This document shows, piece after piece, positions 63,401 through 64,000 of a stretch of 64,000 nucleotides of DNA. The stretch covers positions 95,914,001-95,978,000 of the forward strand of contig OZ024743.1 in NCBI GenBank assembly GCA_964016885.1. Reading direction: 5' to 3'. This DNA comes from Eledone cirrhosa. Taxonomy: Eukaryota. Within the stretch, counting starts at the first letter, position 1, and each line of letters opens with the position of its first letter. The position numbers were made by a program, and so were the translations under genes. The notes beneath the pieces were generated by a model. It made no database searches. It was not told where the DNA came from and saw only the letters and a list, made by a program, of their open reading frames with translations.

Positions 63401-64000
63401 AAGAGATAGAGAAGGAAGGAATAGGAAAACGTAGGAAGAGATATAGAAGGAATGAATGGAAAGGCATAGGAAGAGATAGAGAAGGAAGGAATAGAAAGGC
63501 GTAGGAAGAGATAGAGAAGCAAGGAATGGAAAGGCGTAGGAAGAGATAGAGAAGGAAGGAATGGAAAGGCATAGGAAGAGATAGAGAAGGAAGGAATGGA
63601 AAGGCGTAGGAAGTGATAGAGAAGGAAGGAATAGAAAGGCGTAGGAAGAGATATAGAAGGAATGAATGGAAAGGCGTAGGAAGAGATAGAGAAGGAAGGA
63701 ATAGAAAGGCGTAGGAAGAGATAGAGAAGCAAGGAATGGAAAGGCGTAGGAAGAGATAGAGAAGGAAGGAATGGAAAGGCATAGGAAGAGATAGAGAAGG
63801 AAGGAATGGAAAGGCTTAGGAAGAGATAGAGAAGGAAGGAATAGAAAGGTGTAGGAAGAGATAGAGAAGGAAGGTATAGAAAGGCGTAGGAAGAGATAGA
63901 GAAGCAAGGAAGGGAAAGGCATAGGAAGAGATAGAGAAGGAAGGAATAGAAAGGCGTAGGAAGAGATAGAGAAGGAAGGAATGGAAAGGTGTAGGAAGAG
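60470..64000. repeat. 1852-bp higher-order repeat (53 monomers, three of them 34 bp), about two copies
   Basis: ORF pairs 61544..61930/63396..63782 and 60891..61880/62743..63732, GAACAG at 60571/62423, and ACTGCC at 61539/63391 are all offset by 1852 bp = 53x35-3. Confidence 0.9.

Larger units (their letters stand above)
1..64000. repeat. 35-bp purine-rich tandem satellite array, head-to-tail, about 1,830 monomers, extending beyond both window edges
   Basis: Every line is a copy of GTAGGAAGAGATAGAGAAGGAAGGAAT(A/G)GAAAGG(C/T), mostly with 0-4 substitutions or 1-2 bp indels. A/C consensus composition is A17 G14 T3 C1. Common length variant is 34 bp (GAAGGAGGAATAG). Rarer ones are 33 bp (GAGAGGAGGAATAG at ~4741 and ~22125) and 36 bp (GAGAATAGAG at ~3721; GAGTATAGAG at ~38721). 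No orientation switch or non-repeat sequence was seen. Confidence 0.99.

Noticed and set aside
199-63922. Dozens of long minus-strand ORFs (up to 1421 aa) encoding F/L/S/P/Y-rich repeats
   Set aside because: The reverse-complement consensus contains only TAT/TAC after TA, so it has no stop in any frame. ORFs overlap in all three frames with the same cyclic 35-aa peptide, end only at chance variants (TTA, CTA or TCA on +), and tolerate frequent frameshifting 34-bp monomers. There is no unique domain.
1-64000. Plus-strand E/R/K/G-rich coding repeat
   Set aside because: TAG occurs two to three times per monomer and 35 is not a multiple of 3, so all + frames close quickly. The ORF track lists none.
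1-64000. CRISPR array (35-bp unit is CRISPR-repeat sized)
   Set aside because: Units are directly adjacent with no unique spacers, there is no leader or cas gene, and there is no hairpin-forming palindrome.
1-64000. Telomerase-type telomeric repeat (G-rich strand, TAGG/TTAGG motifs)
   Set aside because: TTAGG occurs only in a minority variant. The variants are inherited in kb-scale HOR blocks, which fits recombinational amplification rather than templated addition. A subtelomeric location cannot be excluded.
1-64000. G-quadruplex array
   Set aside because: The consensus has only GG runs. GGG or longer appears only in isolated variants, so canonical three-tetrad G4 motifs are absent.
1-64000. 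Assignment to human HSat2/3 or Drosophila AAGAG/AATAG satellites
   Set aside because: Only short motifs (GGAATGGAA, AAGAG, AATAG) are shared. The strict 35-bp unit does not match those families as I know them, so the host cannot be inferred.
1-64000. A binary message or code in the A/G and C/T monomer states
   Set aside because: The order of states is explained by nested tandem duplications, and nothing in the sequence indicates a readout mechanism.
1-64000. Hidden transposon, inversion or unique island
   Set aside because: Reading through the window, all deviations were point variants or 1-2 bp indels of the monomer. No pyrimidine-rich (inverted) or complex segment was seen.

Overview
The whole 64 kb window is one uninterrupted, single-orientation tandem satellite array. 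The monomer is 35 bp with consensus GTAGGAAGAGATAGAGAAGGAAGGAAT(A/G)GAAAGG(C/T), giving roughly 1,830 copies (64000/35). In the A/C consensus, 31 of 35 bases on the + strand are purines. I see no unique sequence, gene, RNA gene, transposon, CRISPR spacer or inversion. The long minus-strand F/L/S/P-rich ORFs are artefacts, because the reverse complement of the monomer has no stop codon. The real information is in the repeat architecture. Each monomer carries a perfect 19-bp homopurine mirror repeat and a 5-bp-phased substructure, and its single CpG shows both deamination products. Diagnostic variants define nested higher-order repeats (HORs) and sub-domains, with periods of about 70, 175, 314, 420, 1708, 1852, 2197, ~3.0-3.6 kb, ~3.95-4.0 kb, ~6.95-7.7 kb and possibly 17.4 kb. 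This layout resembles eukaryotic (peri)centromeric or heterochromatic satellite DNA. I do not recognise the family or host, and I found no protein-coding system. Offsets were read by eye and from the ORF track, so sub-domain boundaries are approximate.
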